Positions 1-10,989 of a stretch of DNA of 64,000 bases are shown piece by piece. A program made the translations under genes and the position numbers. Origin of the DNA: Octopus sinensis (Eukaryota); contig NC_043005.1 of assembly GCF_006345805.1 (NCBI RefSeq), positions 56,978,001 to 57,042,000 of the forward strand, read 5' to 3'. Positions within the stretch are counted from its first letter, which is position 1; the number at the start of each line of letters is the position of its first letter. The notes under the pieces were generated by a model. It had not been told where the DNA came from, ran no database searches, and saw only the letters and a list, made by a program, of their open reading frames with translations.

Positions 1-1344
1 TTATCATCATATGCACACTACTACCCTTAAAGTTGCTTCCTGATCATAACTCAAAACCTAATACTTTTTACAAATAATGACAAAATTCCCCTCAGCCTTA
101 TCTGCCAATACTATATCATATTTATCTTATGATGAATTTAATACATTCCACATCTTCCTGCCCATTCTTTTAATATGTTGCAGTTACAAACTGTTAATTC
201 TTTTGCATGACTTTGTATTCAAGAGTTAACGAATCTATAGAATCATTAACCGATTTTAAAATCACCTTCTATAAACTATACTCCCTGTATTTGGTCCTCT
301 TCCTCATTATGCTTTTCAAATATTCATTATAATATTTAAACATGTCCCACCCCAAGGTAGAATTTGGAATATCACAAGTCCAAAGGCAAATCTTTCCGAA
401 GCTTTCAAAGTTCATCAAAAATATGCTTTAATTAAACAATCACCAATACATGTCTTAGTTTATAGCTAATTTGTATATTTGTACTCTTAACCTTAACTAA
501 CAAAAGGTCATGTGCTCTTTCTATGTGTCCTTGTGTATTGCATTTATATAAGTATCATCAATGGAGTTACTAATGAAAGGTATTATCATATATTCTGTCT
601 TGACTTTATTTTCCTTTTTCCTGGTCACTTTAAATAATTTGTTATAAAAACTATCAACTGAAAGAAAAACTAATATCTGTTAAATTCCTACTGCATCTAT
701 CCAATGATTTTTTAAAATATGTAAAAAGGAACAAGATCTTAATAAAACATAACATTTATGATAGTCTTTCTCCTCATACGGTTTTTCCCAAGTCTAAGAT
801 CTGTCTATATTATATGCAGTGTTCCTATTTAATCTTTAACTGTAGCTATTTTGTCTTCTTAATATCAGCTGTTAAAAGTACACCTTACCCCTGCAGTTTT
901 CAATTCCAAAGTCTAAAACCTTATCATTCATTCTTCGTGGATGAATATTACATAGTATTTTAATCCAAAGATTTTCCTTCTCCAGAAGCATTTTCCCAGT
1001 TTCTGGTCTTTATCTGCTACCTAATTAATAATCTGACCAAGATTCTACTTTATTTGAATCCAGAACTATGCTTTCTAAAATGTTTATAAACATATTGCTC
1101 CATACCCATCTTAAACGAATGTCTGTTAAGATGTTGGTGTAATGCTTAAGTACATATTGTTTTCCCACACACCTTAGAATGCATTTAGTAAACCACATTA
1201 CAAGACTTACAATTAAATGATAAACCATTTTCGTCAGTAATAAACATTTTACCTGTTAAATTACTAACAAATAACTTATTAATTAATGAACACAGCACAA
1301 CAGTTGTGTCCCCTACATTTGTTAATGCTATTGCACTGCTTTAC

Positions 1345-1423
<79 letters not shown>

Positions 1424-1512
1424 CATCATCATTTAATGTCCATTTTCCATGAGACTTGTAACAGCCATAAAATTATTTTATAGTTATATACAGCATATTA
1501 TAATGACGTTGT

Positions 1513-1557
<45 letters not shown>

Positions 1558-1561
<4 letters not shown>

Positions 1562-2434
1562 AGGGGGTACTCAAAAGAAACCATGCAATATTTTATTCAC
1601 TTGGCTTTTACATGTTTGCACTTTTATCCCTTTTAAAGTATTCTCCATCTGAAGCAATGTATTAGTCCAGGTGCGTTTTCCACTATTTGAAGCAGTGTCA
1701 GAACTTTTGTGAAGTGATGCCTTTTAATGCCTCTGTCATTTTTTGCTTCACCTCTTCTACATCTGAAAATTCTGTGGCACTAACATTTATTGCAAGTGAT
1801 GACTTTCGGAAAAAAAGTCCGGATCAATTTCTGACTTTTCTTTCAGTTCATGACACGCATTCTGTCATGACCACTTTTGATCTTCTGTAAGCAAGTGAGG
1901 CACAAATTTTGCTGCAATTCCTTGCTCAAAATTCATTGGCTGGAGCTCTAGGACATACCAGTCATATCAACAAATTCGTCGATTATTTAGTGAGAGTCCT
2001 CCAAGATCAGTTCATGAATTTTCATTTGTTCGCAAGGTCAATCAATCATTGGGAATGAGGTTGGTCTTCAAACGACAAGTGACCATTCTTAAAGCTTGAA
2101 AACCACTTGCAAACTTGTGTTTTGCTCATGGTAGTGTCCTTGTAAGCTGCTTGAAGCATAACAACTGTTTTGACCACGGTTTTCCCTAGCAGAAGACGGT
2201 ATTACATGGAAGAACACTGTTCCTTCGTTTTAGCCATTGTGAAAATCAATGAACAAGGGAGAAGCACAGCAAAACAAAGACACACCATATAGCTGTATGA
2301 CTCTACTATACGCCACTGGTTGGCAGACTGGTGCCTGAGAATTGCATTAAGTGATTTCCAGCAGTGGAAACCTGAACTACAATGGGTTTGTCCCACAGAG
2401 AATGTTTCCGGTTATTTTTGGGTACCCCCTCGTA
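1558..2434 (-). mobile_element. Internally deleted mariner (Tc1/mariner) transposon
   Basis: TIRs ta(g)gagggggtactcaaaagaaacc and revcomp tacgagggggtacccaaaaataacc, with TA ends. The minus strand retains the transposase N-terminus (MAKTKEQ...LGKTVVKTVVMLQAAYKD...KWFSSFKNG) and C-terminus (FSDVEEVKQKMTEALKGI...DGEYF) with stops. The catalytic core is missing. Confidence 0.85.
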
Positions 2435-3030
2435 TGTGTGTGTATATATATATATATCACACACAGAAGGGTGAATCAGATAGTAATGCAAATAAAAATT
2501 GCATTACTTTCTGACCACACCCTCATACATACATGCGTGTGTAGATCTGTATATGTATTATTATTATTATTTGTTCTATGTAAAGTTACATATAAAACTA
2601 ATTTAACATTAAACTGAAGGGCTGCCCAATACTATTTCTCAGTAGAATACATGTTTATTAAACTTTTACAAAGGAAAGACTGTCTATGACTTCAAAGTTT
2701 CACCTTCCTTACCTTCATCAGACTATATGTGAAAGAAGAGTAAGCCAAAACTTCAAGTCTCTCTCTATTCCTTGTAAAAATCTTAATTGTGTGTGTGATA
2801 ATTTAATGTCCATTCTCTATGTTGATTTGGGTTGGGCAGTTTGACAAGATATGGCAAACTGGAGAGCTGCATCTGGCTCCATTGTCTTCTATGGCTGGAT
2901 GTCCTTTCTAACATCAACTACTTGACAGTGCATTGGGTGTTTTTTATGTGGCACCAGCGTGTCTGGGGTTGCCAAGTAACTTGCAAACCAAAGACCAAGA
3001 CCTCTCAGCCAAGAATGGCTTTGTGTAAAC

Positions 3031-3064
<34 letters not shown>

Positions 3065-3075
<11 letters not shown>

Positions 3076-3240
3076 GGAGTAAACACATAAATGTGAAACA
3101 AGGTGGAAAAAAGAGTACTCAAATACCAGTGGTAGAGTAATATGCTTTATTTAAAGCAGCAGAAAATTCAACAAAACCTGTTACTCTGAGTTTCCCGTCT
3201 CCGTTCGTCGGACAGTTTTTGCTAGCAAAAACTGTCGGGG
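3065..3240 (-). mobile_element. Penelope-like terminal repeat fragment with minimal hammerhead-like motif and terminal palindrome (copy 1)
   Basis: Minus strand reads gcaaaaactgt-CCGACGA-acggagacgg-GAAA-ctcagag-TA-acaggttttgt. Perfect 26-bp palindrome gacagtttttgctagcaaaaactgtc at 3211-3236. PLE assignment is inference from this architecture. Confidence 0.55.
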
Positions 3241-3452
3241 CTTGCTTTCCATGTTACAGGAAGGTGAATGGGTAGCTAAGTTTGCTAGGGTGCAGAATGA
3301 GAGTGACAGATAGGAGTTATGACAGCAATGAATGTAGAACGTGGGTGGAGGCACAGCCAATGGTCAATATCAATTTAGCAGGAGGTGGGAAAGTGAAGTC
3401 AATAAGAGGCAGAGCAAGTGGTGTGTAAGAGATGCACAATGCCAAGAAAAAG

Positions 3453-3531
<79 letters not shown>

Positions 3532-3532
<1 letters not shown>

Positions 3533-3629
3533 TTTATTTAAAGCAGCAGAAAATTCAACAAAACCTGTTACTCTGAGTTTCCTGTCTCCGTTCGTCTGAC
3601 AGTTTTTGCTAGCAAAAACTGTCCGACGA
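3532..3629 (-). mobile_element. Second direct copy of the same PLE-like terminal repeat
   Basis: About 95 nt nearly identical to 3145-3240. Contains a 38-bp palindrome (3592-3629) with one mismatch. Confidence 0.6.
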
Positions 3630-4179
3630 CATTTTTTCACTAGCTTTTTTTTTTGTCCAACCAAGGTAGCCATATATCTCTTTTACAGGTGGACACCTGT
3701 TTCTTTCCCCCTCATGCTTTAACCTTGCATTACTTGGCATAAAGCAACCTCCCTAAATATGACAGCCTCCCTAAATAACACAGTTGAGGGGTCTTGTTGA
3801 TCAGTCAAGAAAGTAAAGATAATATTATAATTATAACCACAAAGCCTTCTGAAATACAGTTACCCAGTATTTTCTGGCTGAATAATTAACTTATTTTGCC
3901 ATTTATCAAGCTGATAAGATGATCTAGTAAATGCATTCAATACAGTTGACATTTGAATGAACACGTACATTTAGGAAAAGACAAACATAGGGGAGATAAC
4001 TTCACAGTAAATATAAATGTATAAAAATTACATTAAACAACATTAAAATTCATTGTGATGTGTCTGGTACTTTATCCTTAATTTTTACTTGGATGTATTT
4101 TGTAAAATGTGAACATGAAAAAAATCTTACCCCTGGTGTTTACATAGTTACCAAGCATACAGAATATCTTTTTGACCTG

Positions 4180-4500
4180 CTATTATATGGTTCAATCCTA
4201 GAAAGCATCTTCCATTTGATGCTGCAGCTGACATTACTGTCCTTAAGTTTCCAGATTAATGCTAAGAGGGTTGTTGCATCTCTTTTTGGGGTGTATAAAG
4301 GTTGAAAGATGATTATTGTGTCTAGATTTAAATTGTCTTCCACAGATCCAATATTAAGCACATGATTAAAATCACATTCCTGCTTCTCCCCTACTTAATA
4401 TATAAAGGCCTATATCAATAAACAACCAACGACCCAGACCTGTTCTGAATGCATGTGCAGAGATAAATCTAAATGTCCTCTGGAGCAAGCATGTTATTTT
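4180..4500 (+). mobile_element. Decayed Penelope-like ORF fragment (RT-endonuclease linker)
   Basis: Fragmentary motifs IIWFNP (4181-4199), NIKHMIK and CMCRDKSKCPLEQAC resemble the PLE pattern 'IIWFNPP...SCMPN...CNCR...CPL'. Many stops and frameshifts. Confidence 0.45.
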
Positions 4501-4556
4501 TGAAGTACATGTATGGCAATACACACACACACACACACTTGTATGTACATGTATCG

Positions 4557-4740
4557 TCATCATCGTTTAACATCTGTTTTCCACGCTGGCACGAGTTGGA
4601 CAGTTTGACTGAGGTCTGGTAAAGCCAGCAGCTGCATCAGGCTCCAATCTGATCTGGCAATGTTTCTACAGCTGGATGTCCTTCCTAATGCCAACCACTC
4701 CAAGAGTGTAGTGGATGCTTTTTAATTGTCATTGGCACTA
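4557..4740 (-). mobile_element. SINE-like repeat with (gat)n tail (RTE-tail family), partial
   Basis: catcatcgtttaacatctgttttccacgctggc...ctacagctggatgtccttcctaatgccaaccactcc. The same unit recurs many times in the window. Confidence 0.7.
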
Positions 4741-4772
4741 TATATATATGTGCATGTGTGTGTGTGTGTGTG

Positions 4773-4802
<30 letters not shown>

Positions 4803-4803
<1 letters not shown>

Positions 4804-4992
4804 CTCAAAATGTGACCTCGTGTGTACCGTTGGTGATTTTTTCCCTGTCTTCCCTTCTCTGGATCTTTCCTTCTCCTATGTTTCCGACGAAGAGCTCCGC
4901 TCGAAACGTTAAACCCTCCTTCTTTCCTGAGCGTCCAATAATACTATATTTGTTCCACGTCCTTGCATTGTTGTGTTTTCTTGTTTGGATTA

Positions 4993-4996
<4 letters not shown>
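4803..4996 (+). mobile_element. Penelope-like terminal repeat with minimal type I hammerhead-like motif
   Basis: 4880-4914 reads GTTT-CCGACGA-A-GAGC-tcc-GCTC-GAAA-CGT-T-AAAC. It lies in sense orientation downstream of the PLE ORF relic. A homologous copy is on the minus strand at about 7452-7650. Confidence 0.6.
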
Positions 4997-5060
<64 letters not shown>

Positions 5061-5090
5061 TGCATTTGTGTATATGTACTTGTGCATGTA

Positions 5091-6352
5091 TAAAAGAGGC
5101 ATTTCAGAAGTTTTAGAAATTTTTCAAGAGAGACATTTATTAATTCCAAAGCAGTACAAAACTCTTCATCTCTTTCAAAGTGGGATCCTCTGGCTTCAGT
5201 GCATTTGTGTAATGATCCAGCCGTTTTGTGAGGTCCCTGTGAATGTCCTCGAAAATGAAGGTGTCCAGGATCCTTGTCACCACCTCCTTCATTTTTGAAA
5301 TGATTGCTTCTGAAGTCCTTTAGCTTGGGGAACAACCAAAAGTCACAGGGAGCAAGGTCTAGACTTTAGGGAGGGTGAAAGGCAATTTTGATGCCCGTCT
5401 CTGTCAAGTAGTTGGTTACCAGGATGCTTGTTACTAAGCCCAATGTGAACAAACTTTACTACTGTACTCTTGTACTTGTTTCAGTCATTTGACTGTGTCC
5501 ATGCTGGAGCACTGCCTTTAATCGAGCAAATTGACCCCAGGACTTATTCTTTGTAAGCCTAGTACTTATTCTAATGGTGTCATTTGCCGAACCGCTACGT
5601 TACGAGGACGTAAGCACACCATAATCGGTTGTCAAGTGATGTTGGGGGGGATAAACACAGACACACAAGCACACACATATACATATATACGATGATCTTC
5701 TTTCAGTTTCCGTCTACCAAATCCACGCACAAGGCTTTGGTTGACCCAAGGCTATAGTAGAAGAAACTTGCCCAAGGTGCAATGCAGTGGGACTGAACCC
5801 GGAACCATGTGGTTGGTAAGCGGGCTACTTACCACACAGCCACTCCTGCGCCTATAAATTTTGTGTCTGTTCAGATCTTCATAGATAATTGAATGTACAG
5901 TTGCCACACCCACTTGAAACTGTATGCTTATTGTCTTTGCAGACAGAGCACAGTCATCATCTTGAAAATTGTGGATTTTTTCAACCAGTTCTAATGTTCT
6001 GACATCCCGCTCACCCCCCAGATCTCATTGGCTCTCATTTCCTCTCTACTGTCCTTGAACCTCTTGTGCTAGTAATCCATAAGTAGTCTGGAGGGTAAGT
6101 TTCTGTAGCACTTTTGCCCAGTTTTAGCAAAATTTTCAAATGCCCTGACTGCTTTCTGCAAATTAGACAGCTGTGGAAAACTGGGTTTAATAGGATGTGT
6201 TAAAAGTGCTGTTGCAAGTATCTCCTTCAATCTGGAATTACAAACGCTGTCAGGTCAGTTTATCATAATGATATACTAAAATTATAATAATCTTGGACTA
6301 TTATAACTGCTTCACTTAAAAAAGCCTCAAAACTTCTGGAATGCACCTCGTG
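5091..6352 (-). mobile_element. Decayed mariner transposon interrupted by a SINE
   Basis: TIR-like ends (aagaggcatttcagaagtttt; revcomp cacgaggtgcattccagaagtttt). Minus strand carries (S)LDLAPCDFWLFPKLK...KCTEARGSHFERD (YSPDLAP motif) and HTH-region remnants at 5870-6150. Confidence 0.85.
5461..5852 (-). mobile_element. tRNA-derived CORE-like SINE, full length, inserted in the mariner
   Basis: Minus-strand head ggcgcaggagtggctgtgtggtaag (A box) and ggttcagtccc (B box), 'ccttgggcaagt' CORE-like segment, internal (CA/TA) tract, and a tail ending gactgaaacaagta. Confidence 0.8.
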
Positions 6353-6366
6353 CATGCGTGCGCACA

Positions 6367-6403
<37 letters not shown>

Positions 6404-6571
6404 GTGTATATATTTACATATATTTATGTAATGTATATATATGCCAGTATGGAAGGCAGATGTTAATAATAATGTATGTGTATATGTTGTTGGTCGACTG
6501 TTGTGGTCAATGATGTGCAACCAAGCATTTGGTTCATTTGTGTACCCTCATGTGGGATCTGAGGTCAGTCA

Positions 6572-6624
<53 letters not shown>

Positions 6625-6821
6625 TATATATTCAAATTTATAGAAAACAAAAACAAAATATTGCAGCCTTCGGGCTCCCCAGACCCCAGTTGAACCGTCC
6701 AACCCATGCTAGCATGGAAAGCGGACGTTAAATGATGATGATGATGATGATATATAAATATATATATTTCGTTTTTGTATTTGGTTTGCAAGATTCTTTA
6801 CATGAGTTCGTGTGTTGAAGC

Positions 6822-7052
6822 ATATTCTGTTGTGTCTGGGGAGAGTCATTTTCTTTTTGTGCCTTATAATATAACACACTCACCAGTAAAATTTCCACTT
6901 TTTTCTTTATTTTTACTTTCCTAAAATTTTTGTTGCACTTGCAACCTTTTTAGGAAAGTAAAAATCAAGAAAAAAGTGGAAATTTTACTGGTGAGTGTGT
7001 TATATTATAAGGCACAAAAAGAAAATGACTCTCCCCAGACGCAACAGAATAT
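6822..7052. repeat. Long near-perfect palindrome (105-bp arms, 21-nt spacer)
   Basis: 6822-6926 is the reverse complement of 6948-7052 with 2 mismatches by eye. The spacer contains gttgca-ct-tgcaac. Confidence 0.9.
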
Positions 7053-7164
7053 ATATATATATATATTTATTTATTTATTTATTTCCCTCTCTCCCTCTTT
7101 GTTCCTCCTCCTCTCTCGCTGTCTCCCCCCTCTATATATATTTAGGTGTGCATGTACACACACA

Positions 7165-7383
7165 TACAAGGCTGTGCTAAAAAGTTCCTGGTTTTAGGTA
7201 AAAGAAAATACTGGAGGATCAGTTATGATTTTATTTAACATATTCCCCCCTCCCCAGATTCACACACTTATTGCAATGATCCTTCAGTTTTTCTAAGTCC
7301 TATGAAAGAACTTGGAAGGTTGGGCCTCTAATCAGGCTTTTAAATTACTTTTAAGGCCAGGAACTTTTCTGCTCCCGTTCATA
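7165..7383. mobile_element. Mariner-derived MITE
   Basis: TIRs tacaaggctgtgctaaaaagttcctggttttag and taaggccaggaacttttctgctcccgttcata. About 220 bp, non-coding, TA flanks. Confidence 0.65.
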
Positions 7384-7451
7384 TATATGCATGATTGTAT
7401 GTATGTATGTATGTATGTGCGTGTGGGTGGGTGGATGGATGGATGGATCCA

Positions 7452-7650
7452 TCCATCCATCCATCCATCTATCCCCCAAAATTAAGAACAAACACAAAAA
7501 ACAACGCGAGGACATGGTACATGTAACGTATTAGCAGATGCTCCGGGAAGGAAAGAAAGGTGGTTTTACGCTTCGAGCAAAGCTCTTCTTCAGAAACAGG
7601 AGACAGAGGAAAATCCAAGAGAAAAGGAAGATGGAGAAAAAACAGTTTTT
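7452..7650 (-). mobile_element. Penelope-like terminal repeat, second copy of the 4803-4996 family
   Basis: Revcomp of 7563-7597 reads GTTT-CTGAAGA-A-GAGC-ttt-GCTC-GAAG-CGT-A-AAAC. Flanks are homologous to 4803-4996. Confidence 0.6.
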
Positions 7651-7675
7651 TGTGTGCTGATAGTAATGTGTATAA

Positions 7676-9550
7676 ATGAGAATCTGTTGTTTGGGTAGAA
7701 GAGCTGCAAGTTTCTTATTAGGTCTCCCTAAATGTTCAGTTTTTGATGCATCATTCTCATCAGTTGGACAACTAATCTCAACGACAGTGCATAGCCTTTG
7801 CTTTCTGTCTCATAGGACAATGCCTGGCTTGTTGCGCTTAGACTGGATTGCTCTTCTTATTGGGATGTTCCACCAATATTCTTTGTTTTTGTGGGCACAA
7901 ACTCAGTTCGGCCATTAAGCAGTCCTTCCTTTGTATAGCATTGTAAACTTGTCTTTGTGAAAATGTGTCGTTTCACAAGGAAGTAATATCTTGCAGATAT
8001 TTTTGGACAGTTCTGATGATGTGGGTGACATCCTGCACATTAACATTTTTTATTGTAGCATGGAGGTCTAGCAGCACCTGTTGTGTTCATCAGGTGTATT
8101 ACTGCAATTTCCTGTTCGTAGATAGCAATGGTGTAACTTTCTAGGGAGATATGATGTACTTATTACAGGCTCAAGAGAGGTTACTACTCTTATCAATGTT
8201 GCTGGTGTTATCTGGCTTGCAAGATATGTACCTGTGTATCACATTCTGTTTGTATGATGAGTATTTATCCTTCAAATCTCTGTTTGAGTGGGTTTGTCCA
8301 GTGATCTTAGGTTCAAATGGAACATCAGTACATGTAAATACCTATTCGGATGTCTAGGTTGTGGATTTCTTCAAGCATTCATTGTAGCACACCAGATGTT
8401 GGTACTAGTACTGGCATCACAAAAGTATTGCTTGATAAGGTTTTATTGGGTACAGAGAGCTCTAACTACCACAAATATATGTTTTGTAACTTTAGCTTTG
8501 CTTACATCACCAATATATGTGATATTCTCATCAATTCTGAGATATTTGTTGCATTCATTGCTGGAGAAATAGTTGTGCCGTTGATGTTAATATTCTCTGC
8601 CTGGTTGATTATCTTTTCTTGTTTGAGTAACAAATATGAACATATTTATCTTGATCAAAATCCATTCCTATATCCCATGAGAATGATGTAACCAGCTCTA
8701 ACTCTCATGTCATGAATGTTTCTTGAGTACAACTTGAGGTTGTTTGCAACAAAGGCATGGGTGACATTAATCCTTCTGTCCTCTGCAGATCTCACCATGT
8801 AGCCTTTGCATTTCCTTAACAGGGCTTACAAGAGCTCACTGCTTAGATGAAAAGCATTACAGATAAACTGTCAGTTTGAAATTTTTCTGTTGACAGCCTA
8901 ATTTTGTTAGTCACTCTTGTAGGAGCTGTTGTTCTTGTTTATAGCTCTGTGGACCATGCTGTTGTCAGTCTCTTAATGGTATTAAGTATTGTATTTGGGA
9001 ACTTGTCACGGTGTAATGACTCTAATATTCATGAGCCACACACCTTATAGTCTAATCATAGAGTCAACAGGTTTTGGCAGTGTTTTTCTTCTTTTAGAAT
9101 GGCTTTGTTGATGAGGAACTGTGTAGCACAGCCACACACATTTTTCTTTCCTTCAGGCCTGTTCATCAGCCACCATGTTATGTGTTTCACAGTGGTCTTG
9201 GAAGAAAACATTTAAGCAACCTGTGTACAGTTTATACATGATATTCAAGTGTGCTATCAGTCTGTACATTTTGGTTTTGTATTGTTTCCCAGTTATAAGG
9301 GATTAATATGCTACATGCCTCTGTCAACCAGTCTGGTACATCAAGCTCAGCAGTGATTGTCCTTTTGAAAAGGTTAATGTAGGTTGCCCTGTAGAACATG
9401 AGCTTTCTGGACCTGTAACTGACTATCATGTCTCTCCCTGGTGACTTTCTATTTGATAGCTTTGCAGTAACCATCAGATGAGTTTCACTGTTGATATTAT
9501 AGGTTTTGAGAGAGATGTTTGCATAGTACTTATTCTGTATGATACATTTA
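7676..9550 (-). mobile_element. Decayed R4/Dong-like non-LTR retrotransposon (RT + restriction-like endonuclease)
   Basis: Ordered minus-strand motifs: KSPGRDMIV...VPDWLTE..ILIP; EQA..CGCATQFLINKAIL; WILESL; THAFVANNLKLY (YMDD-equivalent)...DIGMDFDQDK; YKYL; V.HIIRTCP; RNKPGIVL.DRKQRLCTVVEISCPTDEN (PD..E RLE motif). Many stops and frameshifts. Confidence 0.75.
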
Positions 9551-9601
9551 TGTAAGTGTATGTATATATATGACTGTATGTGTGTATGTATAAGTAAGTG
9601 T

Positions 9602-9925
9602 GTAGGCACATGGCTTATCAGTTTGAGCGTCAGGCCCCCACAATCATGAGGTAGTGAGTTTGATTCCTGGATTGGGCTGTGTGTTGTGTTCTCGAGCAAG
9701 GCACTTTATTTCACATTTCTCCAGTTCACTTGCCATGTTACTGGTGCCAAGCTGTATCAGCCTTTGCCTTTCCCTTGGATAACATTAGTGGCATAAAGAG
9801 GGGAGGCTGGTATGCATGGGTGACTGCTGGTTTTCTATAAACAACCTTGCTCGGACTTGTGCCTCAGAGGGTAACTTTCTAGGCAATTCCATGACCATTC
9901 ATGACTGAAAGGGATCTTTACCCTT
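9602..9925 (+). mobile_element. tRNA-derived SINE (second family)
   Basis: Head ggcacatggctta...gagtttgattcctgg, core 'gtgttctcgagcaaggcactttatttcac', tail ...catgactgaaagggatctttaccct. Further copies near 32152-32465, 45565-45950 and 62150-62490. Confidence 0.7.
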
Positions 9926-10989
9926 ATGTGTCTATGTGCATATGTGATGTGTGTGTGTATATAATCATGTATCATCATTTTCATTTAATATCTATTTTCC
10001 ATGCCAGCATGGGTTGGATTGTTCAACAGGAACTAACATAAAAGAGGACTGCACTAAGCTGTAATGTCTTTTTTATGGTTTCTACTGCTGGATGCCCTTC
10101 CTAATTTCAGTCACTTTATAGGGTGTACTGTGTGCTTTTTACACGACACTATCACCAGTGAGGTCACCAAATGACTAACAAGACAAGACCCCTTAAGTGG
10201 AATGTTGTATTGAGGGAGGAGTCTTTATGTGAAGTGATTAGAAGTTAAAGTGAGATAGAGGGATAACAACAGGTATCTTGCCATTGGGGAGATATATAAT
10301 TACTCCATTTGGAAAAGAGAGGAGATGGTGGTGAAGATGTGTCAGGGCAAATCCTCAAGTTAGAGGAAGGGGAATGCAAGAAGTGGTACAGGGTGAATGA
10401 GTAGGTAGGTATGTTCTCGAGTGTTTGAAAGGAGACTTACAGATGGATAAAGATGATGATAGAGGGGAATGCAGTGAGTGGTGAACGTAGGTGAAGATGT
10501 AGTCATTTGGGAATAATTTTTGGTGGGGGAGGTGGCAGCACAGATGATGTGAAGTGTGTTGGTGTGGGATGCAAGAAATATGCACGGAGCAAGGGACTAA
10601 GTCTTAGGCACTTAGGAACATAAGCAATAGGGGTGCTGGGAGCAACTATTGGTTAAGTGGGGGTTTGTGGAAAATGGTAAGTGAAAAGGGCGTGCAATGG
10701 AAATAAGATGGTATGGGATGTCACTGAGGATGCATGAGACAAAGGAAGTGATTCAAGAGAAAGTGAGAAGTAGGGAGTTGAACTATGTGCAGTTTTGCTC
10801 TCATAATTGCAGCAGCTGACTGAATAGTACTGTAATCAGAAGTGTTTTGAAGGGATTGACATTAGGAAGAGATGGTCAGTTGGAGGGGTGGATGTTATGA
10901 GGATGAATTTTGGGGGAGAGATTCATCAGAGACAGGCTTAGTGCAGGTGCATAGGCAAATAATATGCTTTTAGGGCCTCATCTTTGCTT

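Noticed and set aside
1-1300. AT-rich block that might be an old LINE relic
   Set aside because: No diagnostic RT or endonuclease motif could be read with confidence.
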